From: Macrostomum lignano
Taxonomy: Eukaryota
Assembly (NCBI GenBank): GCA_002269645.1
Contig: NIVC01002297.1
Span: 1-64,000, forward strand
Direction of reading: 5' to 3'
Length of the DNA stretch: 64,000 bases
The notes under the pieces: generated by a model
Told to the model about the DNA's origin: nothing
Databases searched by the model: none
The model's input: only the letters and a program-made list of their open reading frames with translations
Shown: one piece after another, positions 1 through 24,100 of the stretch
How positions within the stretch are numbered: position 1 is the first letter of the stretch
How the letters are laid out: each line of letters opens with the position of its first letter
Position numbers and translations under genes: made by a program

Positions 1-155
1 AACGTACTTTACCTGCGACAGCCAATCCGATAAAAGCCAGGGAATGCATGTAGATTACATGTATCAGTGGCGGCCAGTCAGGCAACACGTGACTACATAG
101 AGAGTTGCGCCTCTAGAAAAAGACGATTTATCAAAACTTTTCCACCAATCTGCAG

Positions 156-9600
<9,445 letters not shown>

Positions 9601-9713
9601 TGATTCAATTTTAAGCAAACTGCAAACTTCTTCGTGAAGATAAAACCCTAATTAAAAACAACAATTTTTCTACGAGGATTGTTCCATAAGTACTTATACT
9701 TTTGCATGCTGAC

Positions 9714-9719
9714 AATAAA
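9714..9719 (+). promoter_or_regulatory. Candidate polyadenylation signal of the PKD1-like gene
   Basis: AATAAA about 115 nt after the stop codon. Confidence 0.4.
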
Positions 9720-11984
9720 CTGTACATCCTATGATAACAAGTGGGTGACCTTTCGACATTTTAAAAAAAGAAAAACCGCTTTCCAGCAAGATCAAACTTG
9801 TTACCATAGTATGTTTAGTTCATTTTCAACATGAAAAATAATAAGTACTTGCGGAACATGCCTCATAATTGCCCTGCCCTCTTTTGTTTGTAGTCCATCG
9901 ACGTTGTTCCTTCTATCTTGTGATTTTGGTTCCATTTTCTCGTGCCCGTCTGAAAAAATTATAACTACGCCCTTTTTGTTATATTTAAATGGCTAAGCTC
10001 GTACTCCTTGGAACAGTAGCTACATGATGCAACCTTGAGTAGATTTATAGAAAAAAAAATTAAACTCGCCTAAGTGTCAATCTAAATTAATTATAAAAGT
10101 GCACTCCTATCCACTTAGTGCCACATGTAAACTGCACTCGTAGTAATCTGCTTTTAAATTCTGGATATATAATTCTGCAGTTCTGCAGGTTTTATTTGTA
10201 GTGTTTGTGTACCAATAATAGCAAAGTCTAAACAGAAATAAAGAACATCTGCTTTCGTAATAGATGAAAAATATTTTTATAATATTTTTTTCAAACATCC
10301 ATTTCGTTAAATAATTTAGAAATATAAACTGAATGTTCGTAATTATTCACAGCTATTTTCCGCTTAAAAAGCAGCGTTTGTTATGTAATTTGTCTTTTTT
10401 ACTTTTACTGCCTGCCGGTACAATCACAGTGTAGAAGTTGTAAGGTTTTGAATGTCACTTATAATATTTGGTGCGGACGGCACCCTGAATGATAGTCAGA
10501 GTCGCGCTGAATGTGACCAAAAGTGCATCAAATGAAGCATTGCGCTCCTAAAAGGACAAAAGCGTTCACGTAGGCGTCTCAATCATGATTACCAAAAATC
10601 TCTGGAATCGGAGATTCATGTATTAATGGAGGGAACAAAGCAGATGCTTAAATCGGTTTCTTTTGTGATCATTTTATTGGTTTATATTGCAAATGCATAA
10701 AAATACAGCTTATGGGGTTTATTGCCACAAACAAACTAGTGGCAGTAGGGTCGCTGTGTACCAGCTTTGCAAATATTACTGTTGAGTTCAAGGTAAAGTA
10801 ATCACAGGCCTCGAAAAACGTCTTACTTCAGTTGTTTTTGGCAATTAAAAAAGATAAAGTTGATAAAAGTTGCCTATTTACGCTGGCATTTTCTGATTAC
10901 AAACCCTCCAAGACAACTAAAAAACTAGCTACGATCGACGATCGTACTTTTTTAAATCAAAATATTAATGCACTCGTAAACCGCCAAGACCGCTAAAATA
11001 ACTCGACTTCTTGAATATTTATTACGCTCGTACAAGCTATGATACGAAGTTATACGTTGTCATTTGTTGCTGTTTCCATAGTGACATTGAAAATTTTCCA
11101 ATGCGTAAAGATGCTATGAATATTTGCGACAAACAATTATCTAAGAAAATAACTTTTTATCAGTTTTAAATGATATACCGACATTTTTACGGTTTAGCTT
11201 AAAAATAATTTGTTTAATTTTACAAAATAAGTTAACACAAGAATGGCGCAAATTTAACGTTTGAGGAGCACTCACTTTATATTGCATCTTGCACTCTCAG
11301 CTTCGTATAGATAAAATAGGCCACTTTCCAATACACGCATATGTAAGATCGTTCGTTTACTCTTTTAAAAGTAAGACTAACTTTTGACAGTAGAAATATC
11401 TAGAATTATGAGAATAGCATCTTGTGTGTTTTACTCGTATAATTAAATAATGCATTTTTGCTGTTTTATTTCTCTAGGATTTTTTAACGCTTTTTATCTA
11501 ATGTTTTCAACAGGCAAATAAAAGTTGAGGTTTAAAAATAAAATACTAGTTATAGGGCTCAAAATTATTTAAAAAACGAAATGAAAAAACACAATCTTTG
11601 TCTCTTGTAGTTTACTAAAGAAAATGTCTTAACTATCTCCAAAATATTTTATATGGCTAAAGCTATAAAGACCATGATTATTTTAGCTCGCATGTAAAAT
11701 TAGTTTGAACAATTTTCAATCATGGCTATTTAATCTTTGAACCAAGTCAATAATGAAATTCATATTTCTATTTACATAAAAATTACATCGATGCAATTCA
11801 TAATGATAACAATACTGTCATTTGTATGAAAATAATATGAATATTGTTTTATTTAGCTATTGTAAAGTAAATCAGAAATAATTCAGTTCTAATTCACGAG
11901 CTACTTTCGCTTTCATTAGCCATGCTCAGCTACAAAATCAATTCCTCGACAAAGTGAAAAAGTCCAAATTTGCAACAGCCGACA

Positions 11985-12133
11985 ATGGCAGCCCAGAAAG
12001 AGCTGAGCGATCAACGCTCCGCCGAGTCCGTTCTGGTCAAAATTCACTTCCTAACCGACCAGGAGAAGGAAACCGTGGTCGAAGTGCTTCAGCGAAACGA
12101 GAAAATCCGGAAGCACGAAGCGGACAGGAAACG
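11985..12133 (+). CDS. Slp exon 1 (Rab-binding SHD1 helix)
   Basis: ACAATGG start context; MAAQKELSDQ...LTDQEKETVVEVLQRNE; GTGAGT donor. This frame is not in the supplied ORF track. Confidence 0.85.
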
Positions 12134-15100
12134 GTGAGTCGGGGTTGTTACGGTGATTGGTGCGCTGTTTGAAGACTTGAAACTCGATGCATGTAAGCTA
12201 TGCTTGTTACAAAATTATGATTTCGTCTGCAGACGCCTGCAACAGGAGCTGGAGCGCTTGGAGTCCAGCTGCGCGGCTTCGCAGTCACCGTTGGCTGCCC
12301 TGACGCGGTCGTGTCCGCGCTGCGATGCCGCCCTCGCACTGCTGGTTCGGGGCGCCTGCGACTGCTTCCTCTGCCGGCTGTCCGTCTGCAAGTCCTGCGC
12401 GCACCTCTTCCGGGACAGCCAGCTGTGCCTGTGCTCCGTCTGCTACCAAAAGCTGTGAGTCTATTCACGGCGCTAGGGACGTCGGGCTACGAGGTTGGGA
12501 GTATTGGGCTGCTGATTCTAGGACAAGAAGTTCAGGGTATTCTCTTCTGGAGAAATAGTTTCTTATATTGTAAACTGTTGCTACCTGCTCGTTTCATTTT
12601 CTTCGAAAGTTTTTAATGTACTTTAACGGATTTTCTAGATCCTTTTTACTTTATAATTAACTCCTTTGACTTAGTCTCTCGGCTGACTCGGCACTGACGG
12701 CGTATGCATGTAGCATCTCGTCAAAGCTGTCAATGAGTGCCTACAGCTACTCAATTAAAAAGCAGAAGCTGAAGGCGCAAATTTCTTGGATTTGATAATC
12801 CATCACGTGGGATTTAATTATTGTAAAAACTGCTGGCTCGAAGCTATTCCACTTTTCTTCCCATTACCTCCGTGCTGCAGGCTTTACGAAAGCAAAATTG
12901 GGAACTGGATGAACTTGAAGAGCGTCATGATTGCGGCGGAGTCCTCGGTAGCAGCTGCTGCTGAAGACCGGACAGCGGACAGCGGCGACCTTCTGAGCGG
13001 CCTGATGGTTAAACTGTCCGGTACGATTTTTTTATTTTTCATTTAAGACGCTCAAGTAAAAGGCCGCTGGTATTGAAGAGAAAGCAATACTAAAAAATGT
13101 GGAGCTTCTTTTGAATGCCAGTCGATCATCTCGCCTCATTGACCTTTAATAAGGAAATTGAGCTTCTTTTTCTTCTTTTATTTTCCAGGCACTTCGACCG
13201 GCGTAGACAAGGATGCGGCGGCAGGCGATGAGAGTTTGGTCTCCGTCGGCATGGCTGCCACCCCGCCAGCCCCCACCCCAGTTCGACAGTGGGAGCAGCC
13301 GGCGGCCACCTACCGGGTCTATCAGGTGTCGACTCGGCGCTTCGCTGACAGCCCACCGCCGCGACAGGTTGAAAAAGATGATGAAGAAGCGACTGGCGCT
13401 GCTGATGAGGCTGAGAGCGAAGCTGAGGAAGAGCAGGAGCTGTCCATCGAAGAGAGAATGCGGCGACACTTAGAAGGCTCGCCCGGTGAGACTTCTTTTT
13501 TAGACAGCATTGACCATAGACCAGAACTCTTCAAAACTTCTCTTTTATTACAAAAACCAGCTACTCAGATGCTACTCAAGCGCTATACCAAATATTTTAC
13601 TCGTTTTTGAGTGTCTATTGTGCACCGAATCACAGTGATTAGCAAGTCAGCTGTTTCGAACCTATTTACAGATATTGTGCAAAGACTCTGGGAGCACCAG
13701 GCCAAATGCGAGGCCAGTCTCACATCGTCAAACGATACTAAAAACGGTGAGTAATAATTGGTTCTTGAGCTGAAAGCGGTGTCTAACAAAAAGTTACACA
13801 TAGATGCGATCTAATTATGTAACTTTATTAACAGCTTTTTAACAAAAAAACTTTGAACTACTTAAACAAACTCACTACGAGTACATTTTAACCATCGCTC
13901 TTTGCAATCGCTTTTGCTTTCAAGTTTGCATAATTATATAGAGCGTGCGCCTCACCTTGCTTGTTAAGACGGGCTTTCCTGACACAGATCAGCAGGACTG
14001 ATAAAGTTGTTGCTTAGTGAGCGCGCTTCGTTTAAACACGCGTTCCATCATCTTGATAAGGTACGTGTGGCTTGATCTCAAAAATTTCAAAAAGAGCTCC
14101 GTTGAACTAACTAACTACCTGGAATTCCTATTACGATCCATTCCAGAATCAGCTGCGGTTGAAGAGGAGACCATTGTGTGCGTCACAAGTGAGAGAGCTC
14201 ACTCAGAGATGCCCAAGAGAAACGAGAATTATTCATCTGACGATGAGGTCGAGCTGGATCAGCAGGGTGGCGAGGTTATTCCAGCCGATGCGGACGATTT
14301 GACCCTTGTCGATGAACAGGCTGGACAGATTTCTCACCCGACTGACATATCTGAAGCGACTGGTTCCCAGTTAGGAGAAGCTGGTGCGTTCTCTAGCGCT
14401 GATCAGAATCTCGAAACATCAGAATTAAGTTCCGAGTTGACTTTAACCACAAGCGCTGAGCAGAGGCCAACCGTACCAGTTTGTGGCTTGATTCAACTTA
14501 CGAACAAAGACTTTGATTCCACTGAATTCTTTTCTGACCAAGCCGAGTCGACCGAACCGTTTGGCGCTGAAGCCGATAAAACATTTGCGGTGCGTGATCG
14601 TCAAAAGAATTTTGAGACATCAAGCGAAGAGCTGAATTTCACGGACGCTCCAATCGAGGTCACCGTCGTGGGTGAACATCGGAAGACACAGATCACTAGT
14701 GGAAACTCCGATTATCTCTCGGACATGCTTAGCCAAAGGAAAAATACTGAGGATATTATTGTTGGCCCTGCTGACAGAGAGTCACTCGAAGCAGGCAAAG
14801 ATCAGAAAAAAACTACAGTTGAAACTTCACAAGAGACTATGGAAGGAGACTACGAGGGATCATTTCAACGTGAGTCATCGGTGACTCTTGTTCAAGACTC
14901 AGACGATCGAGCAGAAACAACAGAACAAGTTTCACAAAATCTTGTTTCTTACGAGATCGAGCAGGTCTCTGGCTCGGAAGGTCAGCCAGCAGTGGAATTG
15001 CTCGTAGTTGACGAAAAGCAAAGTCTATATCCGTTGACTTCAGCTCCTAATGTTGGTTCCACTCCAGGCACTGCTCACAGCATGTTTTTCGACTCTTTCA

Positions 15101-18100
15101 AAAAAGCAAATCCTCGGCAAGACGCCCAAGAGAACCAAACTTTGCTATGCTTGGAGGGTGGCCCATCAAAGCAGCTCCCTGACGCTGAGATTCATGACAA
15201 AGTCGAAGAAGTTCGTGTAAGTCAGGAGCCCGTAATTGAGTTCAATCCGTCAGACTCTGCTGAGAACCTTGCAACACTGGAGCAATCAGATAAGTTTGAA
15301 GTTAAAGCCAACCGAAGCGAGCCGACGGAGAAAATTTTAGTCTCAAGACAGCAGACAAAGTCCTCTAAAACATTAGATCCACAAGACAGACCGCATCCAG
15401 AAGCTATTGATTTTGATATTAGATTAGGTCTCTTGAAACGTAGGCCAGCGGCTGTGGAGTCTCAAACGGAAGCAGAGCTGTGTGCCACCGAGCCCCCCGC
15501 TGAGGTAACAGTTGTGGATGCCAACCTGAGGACTCGAATTCCTGAAATCAGTTTCAGAGAAGCCAGTGGAAACTCCGATGAACTTTCCAATGTGCTTAAC
15601 CAATGCGAGAACTCCGAGGAAGTCGTTCGAGGACCTTCTAATAAACAGAATCTCGCCAAAAATAACAGAAATGGCGCTGGAGCAACTGATGCACTTGACA
15701 GCTCGCTGCAGGCCGTACAAGGAGACTATGAGCGACCAGTTCATCGCTTTGCATCAGTTGCTCTTGCTGAAGACCAAGAGGAACGACCAGAGATACTCGA
15801 CGAAATCTCGCATCATCTTGTTCCATCCAACGAGATAGAGCAGGTATCAGTTGCTGAGTGGCGGCTAAAAATCGAAGATGGAGACCGCGATGACGAGTCG
15901 AGACTTGAACAACTGGCCTCGGCTCTGTCAGTAGACAACTTCGCAGACACGTCGGTACATGGAAACTGTTGCGACTCTAAAGAAAACCACTTGCACTGTT
16001 TGGAATGCCTGCTAGATTGTGGCGATCTTCCGAGGCAGCATGCTAAAACTGAATATTCAAATGAAGTGCAAGAAGTTCTGGTCTGTCCAGAATCTGTTTC
16101 TGAGATCGAACCACCCGATACGGTAACTGGTGGTGAGCAGCCTGATTTAAGTGCTGAGCAGGATGTCATGTTTGAGAAAGTTCAGCTCAAAGATGAGCCA
16201 ACTGAACCAAGTACTAGTGAGATGAGAACAGGATTTGTAATAGAAGAGACAACTGACGCCTTAGAAGACACGTCGGTACATGGAAACTGTTGCGACTCTA
16301 AAGAAAAAGCCAACCAAGAAGCACTTGAGGATGACCACTTGCACTGTTTGGAATGCCTGTTAGACTGTGGCGATCTTCCATTTAAGCATGCTAAAACTGA
16401 ATATTCAAATGAAGTGCAAGAAGTTCTGGTCTGTCCAGAATCTGTTTCTGAGATCGAAGTACCCGACACGATAACTGCTGGTAAGCAGCCTGATTTAAGT
16501 GCCGAGCAGGATGTCACGCTTGAGAAAGTTCAGTTCAGAGATGAGCCAAAAGAACCAAGTACTAGTGAGGTGAGAACAGGATTCGTAATAGAAGAATCCA
16601 ATGAACCACTTGACTCTGATGTGGACCTAAAGCTTTTAGGAGGGCATAGGAATGCTGAGACTCCTGGTGCAGATCTGGATATTGATGAGCCGCAAGTTGA
16701 GGTGACTGTTGTAGATGCTAGATTGAAGACGTGGATTCCTGATAGTGAGTTCCGAGCAGCTAGTGAAAACTCTGACACGCTCACTGACATGCTCACTCAA
16801 TGCGAAGACGCCACAGAAGTAGTTCATGGACCTCGAGATAGACAGACTCCGGTCAACGACAAGAAACTTGGTGCCATTGACGCACTGGACAGCTCGCTGC
16901 AGGCCGTACAAGGAGACTATGAGCGACCAGTTCATCGCGATGCATCAGTTGCTCTTGTTGAAAAACAAGGGGGACGACCAGAGATACTCGACGAAATCTC
17001 GCATCATCTTGTTCCATCCAACGAGATCGAGCAGGTATCAGTTGCTGAGTGGCGGCTAAAAATCGAAGATGGAGACCGCGATGACGAGTCGAGACTTGAA
17101 CAACTGGCCTCGGCTCTGTCAGTAGACAACTTCGCAGACACGTCGGTACATGGAAACTGTTGCGACTCAAAAGAAAAAGCCAACCAAGAAGCACTTGAGA
17201 ATGACCACTTGCACTGTTTGGAATGCCTGTTAGACTGTGGCGATCTTCCGAGGAAGCATGCTAAAACTGAAGATTCAAATGAAGTTCGAGAAGTTCTGGT
17301 CTGTCCAGAATCTGTTTCTGTGAACGAACCAGCTGGTGAGCAGCCTGATTTTAGTGCCGAGCAGGATGTCACGTTTGAGAAAGTTCAGTTCAAAGATGAG
17401 CCAACGGAACCGAGTACTAGTGAGGTGAGAACAGGATTCATACTAGAAGAGTCAACTGGCACCTTCGCAGACACGTCGGTACGTGAAAACTGTAGCGACT
17501 CTAAAGAAAAAGCAAGCCAAGAAGCACTTAAGGATGACCATTTGCACTGTCTGGAATGCCTGTTGGACTGTGGCGATCTTCCAATTCAATGTCTTCACGA
17601 TGATCGTAAGACCGAAATTAAGGAAGAAGAATTTAATGACAGAGTCCTAATTAACAATCCAAGAACTTTACAGCGGAATGAAGCAGAAAATGAGTTCGGG
17701 ATTCAGACAGAAGTATCCGTAGAATCAGTCGTCAGCTTTCTTGACGCGGAAGATTTCACGATGGAACAGAGGCGCTCTGCATCGGATAAGGAACATCTGA
17801 AAGTTTCAGCAGGCCAAACTGAGGTCACTCCCGAGGCTGAAGAGACACTTGATTCCGTAGTCAGTCTACTTGCCACTGAAGATCTGTTGCTAGAAAAAGC
17901 TGACGATCAACTTCCTGAAGTAGTGGATGGTGTAGAAGTTTCTGTTCCCAAAAAAGAACCTGTCAACAGGAGCGCAGATGGGAAAGAGTCTTTACAGGTG
18001 GATGAAATTGTGAGCCTTCTTGATCACAACGACCTATCTACTCAACATGGTGACGATCAGATCTGCAGCTTGAAGCACACAACCTTGAAACCTTCAGATT

Positions 18101-21100
18101 CCGATTTAATGATGGAGAAGAGTCTGGATATTGCGCAGCAAACAATTGAGTCTGAAAATTACAAACAGGAAATGGTTGAAAGTGTAGAAACGTCGCAGTC
18201 ACTCAGCGATACAACTGACTCAAAAATCCGCTATTCTGCATCAGTTGATATGGAAGCTAACTTTGTTGCTGGTAAGAGTGAAGCGGTTAGTGTTCCTATA
18301 CCGGAGGGTAATGTCTCAAAAGCCAGTTTAAATTTAGGCTCCAGGGCTGACAGACAAGATTTGATCAAGCTATCAAGCAACGACTTGGAGTCACTATCTG
18401 AAATCGCATCGGATTTTGATATCAGACACATTAGATCGCGACTAAGTCCCATTGAAGAATTCGATTCCAGAGTCGCTGTGGAAGAGGAAAGGGTCGATTG
18501 CACTTTTAGCAACGAAAGCAATAATCGTAAAACTTTTGTCGAACTTCCCTACAACTACACTGGAAGCGCAGAAGCTCTGACATCAGTGCTTTTGGACACA
18601 CTTAACTGTGAGCAGGAAGTGGAGCACCCGGACTCAAGCTCATATTCGTTGTCGAGAACTACCGGCCAACACGCAGAGACTCTGGCTAAATTAGCTGAGT
18701 CGCTTGAAGCAACTGAGACAGTAGATGACACTCCGGTAAATGTTGGCAGGTGTGCAGTCTTTAGTACTAGAGATGAGACATCAAAAGCACTCGACAAGGT
18801 TTTAGACTCGATGCAGAGTCTTCTACCAGAGGAAGACACTGAAGAAGTGGCCGCTCCGGCTGGCTCTTATTTAGTGGACAATCCAGACCCCGACGCCGCT
18901 GCTCAGCTTCTCAGTAACCTGGCTGATGCTATGGATGACTCATCTGAGAAGCCGGTTCCGCCAGATAGGGCTCTATGCAAATGTGACTCTGGCAGGTTTG
19001 TTCTTGAGGAAGCCGCAGCTCAGCTGGAGAGCTTACTAGACGATAGCGACATCGTGCTGCCATCAAAATCAAGTGATGCTCTCGTTGACCCGGTTTTCGA
19101 TGAAGAGCAAGTGCAGCCACCACAAGGAGCTGCGGACGGCGCACCCCCAGCGTTTGATCCTGGTCACAGGAGTCCAGAAGACAGGAGCCCCCCTGAACCA
19201 ATTGGTGTCGTGGGACAGTTTGAACCGCCAAGTCTCACTACCCTGCCAGACTTTGGGCTTGACGAGGACATCGAGACCAGAGACGAGCCAAAGGTGAAAG
19301 AAGAGGATGAAACTAAAGATTGGCTGCAGGAAGCCGCGGAGCTGCCTGGTGCAGTCCAAGGTTCCAGCGATTACGAAGCAGAAAAGGCCGGAGAATCAGG
19401 GGCAGCATCACCAGAACAATCTTCTGGCTGCATCGATTTAGCAACAACCGGTCAGGCTTCACCAGCAGTCCAGCCCGAGTTCGTTATTGTTGCCGATTCT
19501 GAGGGGCCATCAACCGCTAAAGGAGAAGCGGCTGCAGTCCAGCTTGGCATGCAGTTAGGCATCGGCGATCCCGACGCCACGACCAGCGGTAGGCGCTCTC
19601 CGATGTGGATGCCACCACAGCCGCCGAGATCGCCGACTGCGATGTCCCGACTTGAGCTAGAGCTTTTGGACCGGTCCGTGTTTTTCCCACGAGTTCGCAG
19701 CGCCGAAGACGTTGGATCTTCGTCTGACAGCGCCGGCCAGCAGGAGGAGGCCAGCAAGGACAGTGACGGGGACGACGATGACAGCTGGGTCGATCCGCAT
19801 GAGTATCGGCCCAGCAAGCGGTCGCACTACAATCCGATTGTGCCTCGGCTCGACCTCGGCGACCTCAGCCGATCCTTGTCCTGTGAGGCCAATATTGACA
19901 GCGCCGGAAGTGACGAACCAGCAACTCCGATGGCACCGCGAGCTCCACCGGCAGCTGTACGGGAGCTCGCGGCCGCCGCTGCAGCCGCTGCCGCTGCGAG
20001 AACGCCTCTGGTGCCTCCTCAACGACAGGCCTCGCAGCCTCATCCAATTTTGCATCAAAATCCGCGTAATCTGGAGCAGCAGCAACAGCAGCAGCAACAG
20101 CAGAAGCCGCCGATGTCAGCGCCACCTGGGCCCAAGTTTGGTGGCTATGGGGCACCGAACTGGGGCAATGTGATCCAAGAGCTAAAAGGAAAGCCACGAC
20201 CGGAGCCAGTGCGCGCCTATCAACCCACCTGGTCGTCTGGGGAGCCTACAAAGCGAACGTCGGCCTTTGCGTCACAGGGCAGGCAGCAAATAGAGACAGC
20301 CATCAGCCAGCTGCGGCCCCGCCCGAGCTCCTTGCATGTGGCTCAGAGGGTCGGGCAGCCCTTGCAGCAGCAGCAGCGGACTCTCTCACCCGGTCCGCAG
20401 TCTTCACAGTTGCAGGATCTGCTACCGCCGCCAACCCTGCCGAAGCCCAAATGCCCGACCAGGCCGCATCCAATGGCGGCTGCCAGTAAAAGGTAAATTT
20501 TCTAATTGCACTGGGTCCTAGATATTCCTAGATACCCTCAGGTACCCCTAGTGCGAGCATGCTTCTCTTTAGTGTATGGGAGTTTCCATCACCGCGCGTG
20601 ACCGCATGCTGTTTCCTGGAAAATCCCAGAATAGGCTTTTGTTTCAACCCGAATAAACTTGGCCCTCCATTCCGGTCTCCGCAAGACTCCGGGTCGGACG
20701 AGCTCTGGCCGGGAAATAGGGGGGGGGGCTAAAAATAGTCTTTGAGGCAGCGAACTCGGCTTCTGCTTCAAGCTGCGCAAAAAGTGAAAGCAATATGAAA
20801 GTTTGCTTTTCTGCTTCTTCAAGGCCACGGAGCACTGATCAGAGGCAGCGGGTTATTCCGCAATAAAAAGCGACTATGAATTTCCTCGAGTTCCTGGCCG
20901 CAGAAGCAGCAAGCAGACGGAGTCACGCGCTCACTGAGCACTCTGCCGTAGAAAGACTTCCCTTAGTGGTTCTTTTAGCTTCAGCTGTAGCTGGATGAGA
21001 CATCTTAGAAGCATCTTGTCAAATTAATTAAAATGTAGTCTGAGTTCACTGACTCAGAGGTTGAGTCCAGTTAGAAGCATCAATAGAAAAAAATTCTCCT

Positions 21101-24100
21101 TTTTGCCTGAGCTGAGTGGCAGCTGCAATATTAAACTATGAACTCAGCTATGAGCTTATAATGGTTCTCTCCAGCAGACAAGCGCTGCCCGAGGTCATGT
21201 CTGAGGCTCCCACCGAGTCAGGCGCCATCGTACAAATGAGACAGCAGCGCTCCGACTCGAGCCGCGATGAGCCGGACCAAATCGCTGAGAAGCCTGTCGG
21301 CGATTCTGAGAACCAGCCAGCCGAGGCTGACCAGCCGCAGCTGCAGGATGTTCAGGAACGCGCTAAAGTACTCGAAGCTGAACAATCTGGGATCACGGAG
21401 AGGGAAGCGTCTCAATCGGATGAAAATAAATCAGCTGTCTCAGCGGGTGAGCTCAGTCTCGTCTCTCAGCCAGCCACCACTGATGCTGAGCTGGCAGTTA
21501 TCCCAGCTTCTGCTGTGAGCAACGAGCTGCCATCAATTACAGCTGAGACAGAAGCAACTGGCAAAATGCAGGAGCTGGTGTCTGCTGCACCCGCAGCTGA
21601 AGTAAATTCAGACTTACCTGTTAGTGTCGCGTTATCGGAGGGCGCAGCAACTTCCACAGACGGGATTGAGCCACAAGCGGCTGCTGACTGTGCGGCAACA
21701 GCAGAGGAAGGGCCGCCAACGGCCGAGGAGGAGCTGCAGGCCCTCGCAGAGCTGCTCTCGGTGGAGCCGCAGGAGGCCAAAACGATCTCAGACGCGCTGG
21801 CCGGCAGAGGGAAGCAGCCGAAATCCGAGGAGGAGAAACTCTTCGAACGGCTGGACAAGACGGAGGGACTGTCTGAGGAGGAGCTGGTGAAGGTGGCCCA
21901 GCTGATGAACATGGACCAGGAGACTGCCAAAGCCGTGGCTCGGTTCCTCATCACTCAGCAACCTGGCGATGATGAAGCCGAAGACGAGGAAACCGAAGCG
22001 GACACCGAGAACCTGGATGAGACTGACGCCACTGTGGACACCGAGTGGGAGCTACTGCAGCAGCGGTACTTCGACGACCCGGACGAGTTCCGGTTTGTGC
22101 GACCTCTCCGCGACGCTGCCGGTACGCGCAATGGCGCCGAGTCGAACGTCAGCCGAGGCTCCTCCGGTGCCACTGGTAGCGACATTCGGCAACGAATGCG
22201 CGAATTCGGCGACCTTCTGCTCGGCTTCGACAACCCCATTTCCGACGACGCCTCGGTCGGTGACGACGCCACCTCGGAGCGCAGCTTCGACGTTGATTCG
22301 ATGCGCTTCCGCTTTGAGCGGCTAATGAGCTTCTCCGACAGAGCCTCGGTTGTTTCATCGGACCGGACGAGCCTCGCGCCCTCGTCTGCTAGCGGGACGC
22401 ACCGACGACGTCGCGTGGGAGCCAGAAGCGTCTCGAGAACATCCTCTCAGGCCAGCAGTCTCGCCCCATCTGCTGCTGTCGCTGCAGCCAACGCTGCGGT
22501 CTCGTCTGGAGAGACGCCCGCACCGGTGCAGGCAGTTGGCCGGCCTGTGCGGCGCGCCCAGTCGGACGCTCTGCGCAATGCGTCCCAGCTGCAGCAGATC
22601 GTCCAGATCAAGCGCATGATCGAGCGCCGTCGCCAGCAGCAGTCTCAGGCAGCGCCGACATCAGCTGCCGACAGTCAGGAATCGCCGGCAGAGCATTCAA
22701 CCTCTGCCGCCCAATACCCCATTTCAGAAGACAACCGACCGCCAGCGGCCTATCGCCCGGGTTCACCGTCGCCTCCTTCACTGCCGCCTCCGACTGTGGT
22801 TGTTGAAGAGACGCCCTCGGACGATGGCGCGAATGCTGTCGAGGCTTTCAAGAAGCCGACACCAGTCGCTGAGGATTCTGCAACCAAGACTGCGGAAGCT
22901 ATGCCGAAGGAGGAGCTGGCGACAGAGTCTTCGTCCCAGCAGCCGCCGGCTGGCGAGATTCGCCTGTCGGTGTCCCCGGCCGCAGGAGGTGCCCTGACGG
23001 TACACGTGATTGAGTGCCGCGGCCTCCGAGTTGGTGATGCCAGAAAATCTCGGACCGACAGGTGAGCAAGGAACCGGGATGTTTTTTTTCAGAAAAAAAT
23101 AATTCAGGAAAAAGTTTTGCAGGACAAACAGCTTCGCTGGCGACAGACTAACATAAGAATGACAAATTGCTGCAGCCGGTGCGGCAGTTTCAGCTGACTG
23201 ATACTAAACCCCCCACTCCCTGTCGGACTCAAGCGGATGTGCTCATCGATTTGCCGCTAAGCCCGCAGCTTATGCGGAGTCGCTACACGAGCGACTGTCA
23301 TGATTGACCCGCAGCCACTCTGCCGAATAAATTTATGAGTTCCGGATACCCGCTCGGCCCTGGCAGCGCTCCAAGTGCGTTTGCGAGCGTCTGCTCCTTG
23401 GCTCGCCCATAGGGTTCGCCTGCAGATAAAATAACTTTAATTAATCGAACTCCAAATAACTGAAGCCAACTGCAGCACCAGGGGCTGGAGAGAGTGCAAG
23501 AGAGGACGGGGCCTGTTAGCCGACAATTTCTTTCCGAGTGAAAGTTGAAGCAGAAGAGAAGCGCCTGTTTTAGGCTTCTCATGTGAGCCTGGCCAGGGAG
23601 TTTCAGATGGAGAATCTGGCTTCTCATGTGAGCCTGGCCAGGGAGTTTTAGAGGGAGAATCTGGCTTCTCGTGTGAGCCTGGCCAGGGAGTTTTAGAGGG
23701 AGAATATGGAGCGGAGGGCTCCATCGCTTATCCACTTTTTGAGGAGTTCAATACCCAGATTACTGCATAATTCCCCGAGCGAGTATGCAAGCTGATGAGG
23801 GAGAATTATTTTGAAGTTTCTTTCAAATTCTTCTCTTGAAGGAATTTTTTCAAGTCTATCGTTGTTAAAATGAGAAATGAGTCCCCAGTCCCAGTTGATC
23901 TGCTTTCTGTCCAGATTTGCATCTCAAGTGTCTTGAGTCGGGCCTGCCTTCCATTAACCGTCTGTAACTGCTCTCTCGCCTGGCTGTCGGGTTGTCTCCC
24001 TCTCGTCTCTCTAGCAGAAGGCCGGGTGTGAGGAGAATCTGCCAGCCGCACCCGCTTGACTCTCGGAGCTGCTTGCGGCCGTAAATCTTCCGCGAGTCGT

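Noticed and set aside
14017-14146. Independent 2,159-aa gene starting at the GTG at 14017
   Set aside because: The upstream portion reads as intron with an acceptor at 14146, and phases link the exon to the SHD exons and the C2 exons.
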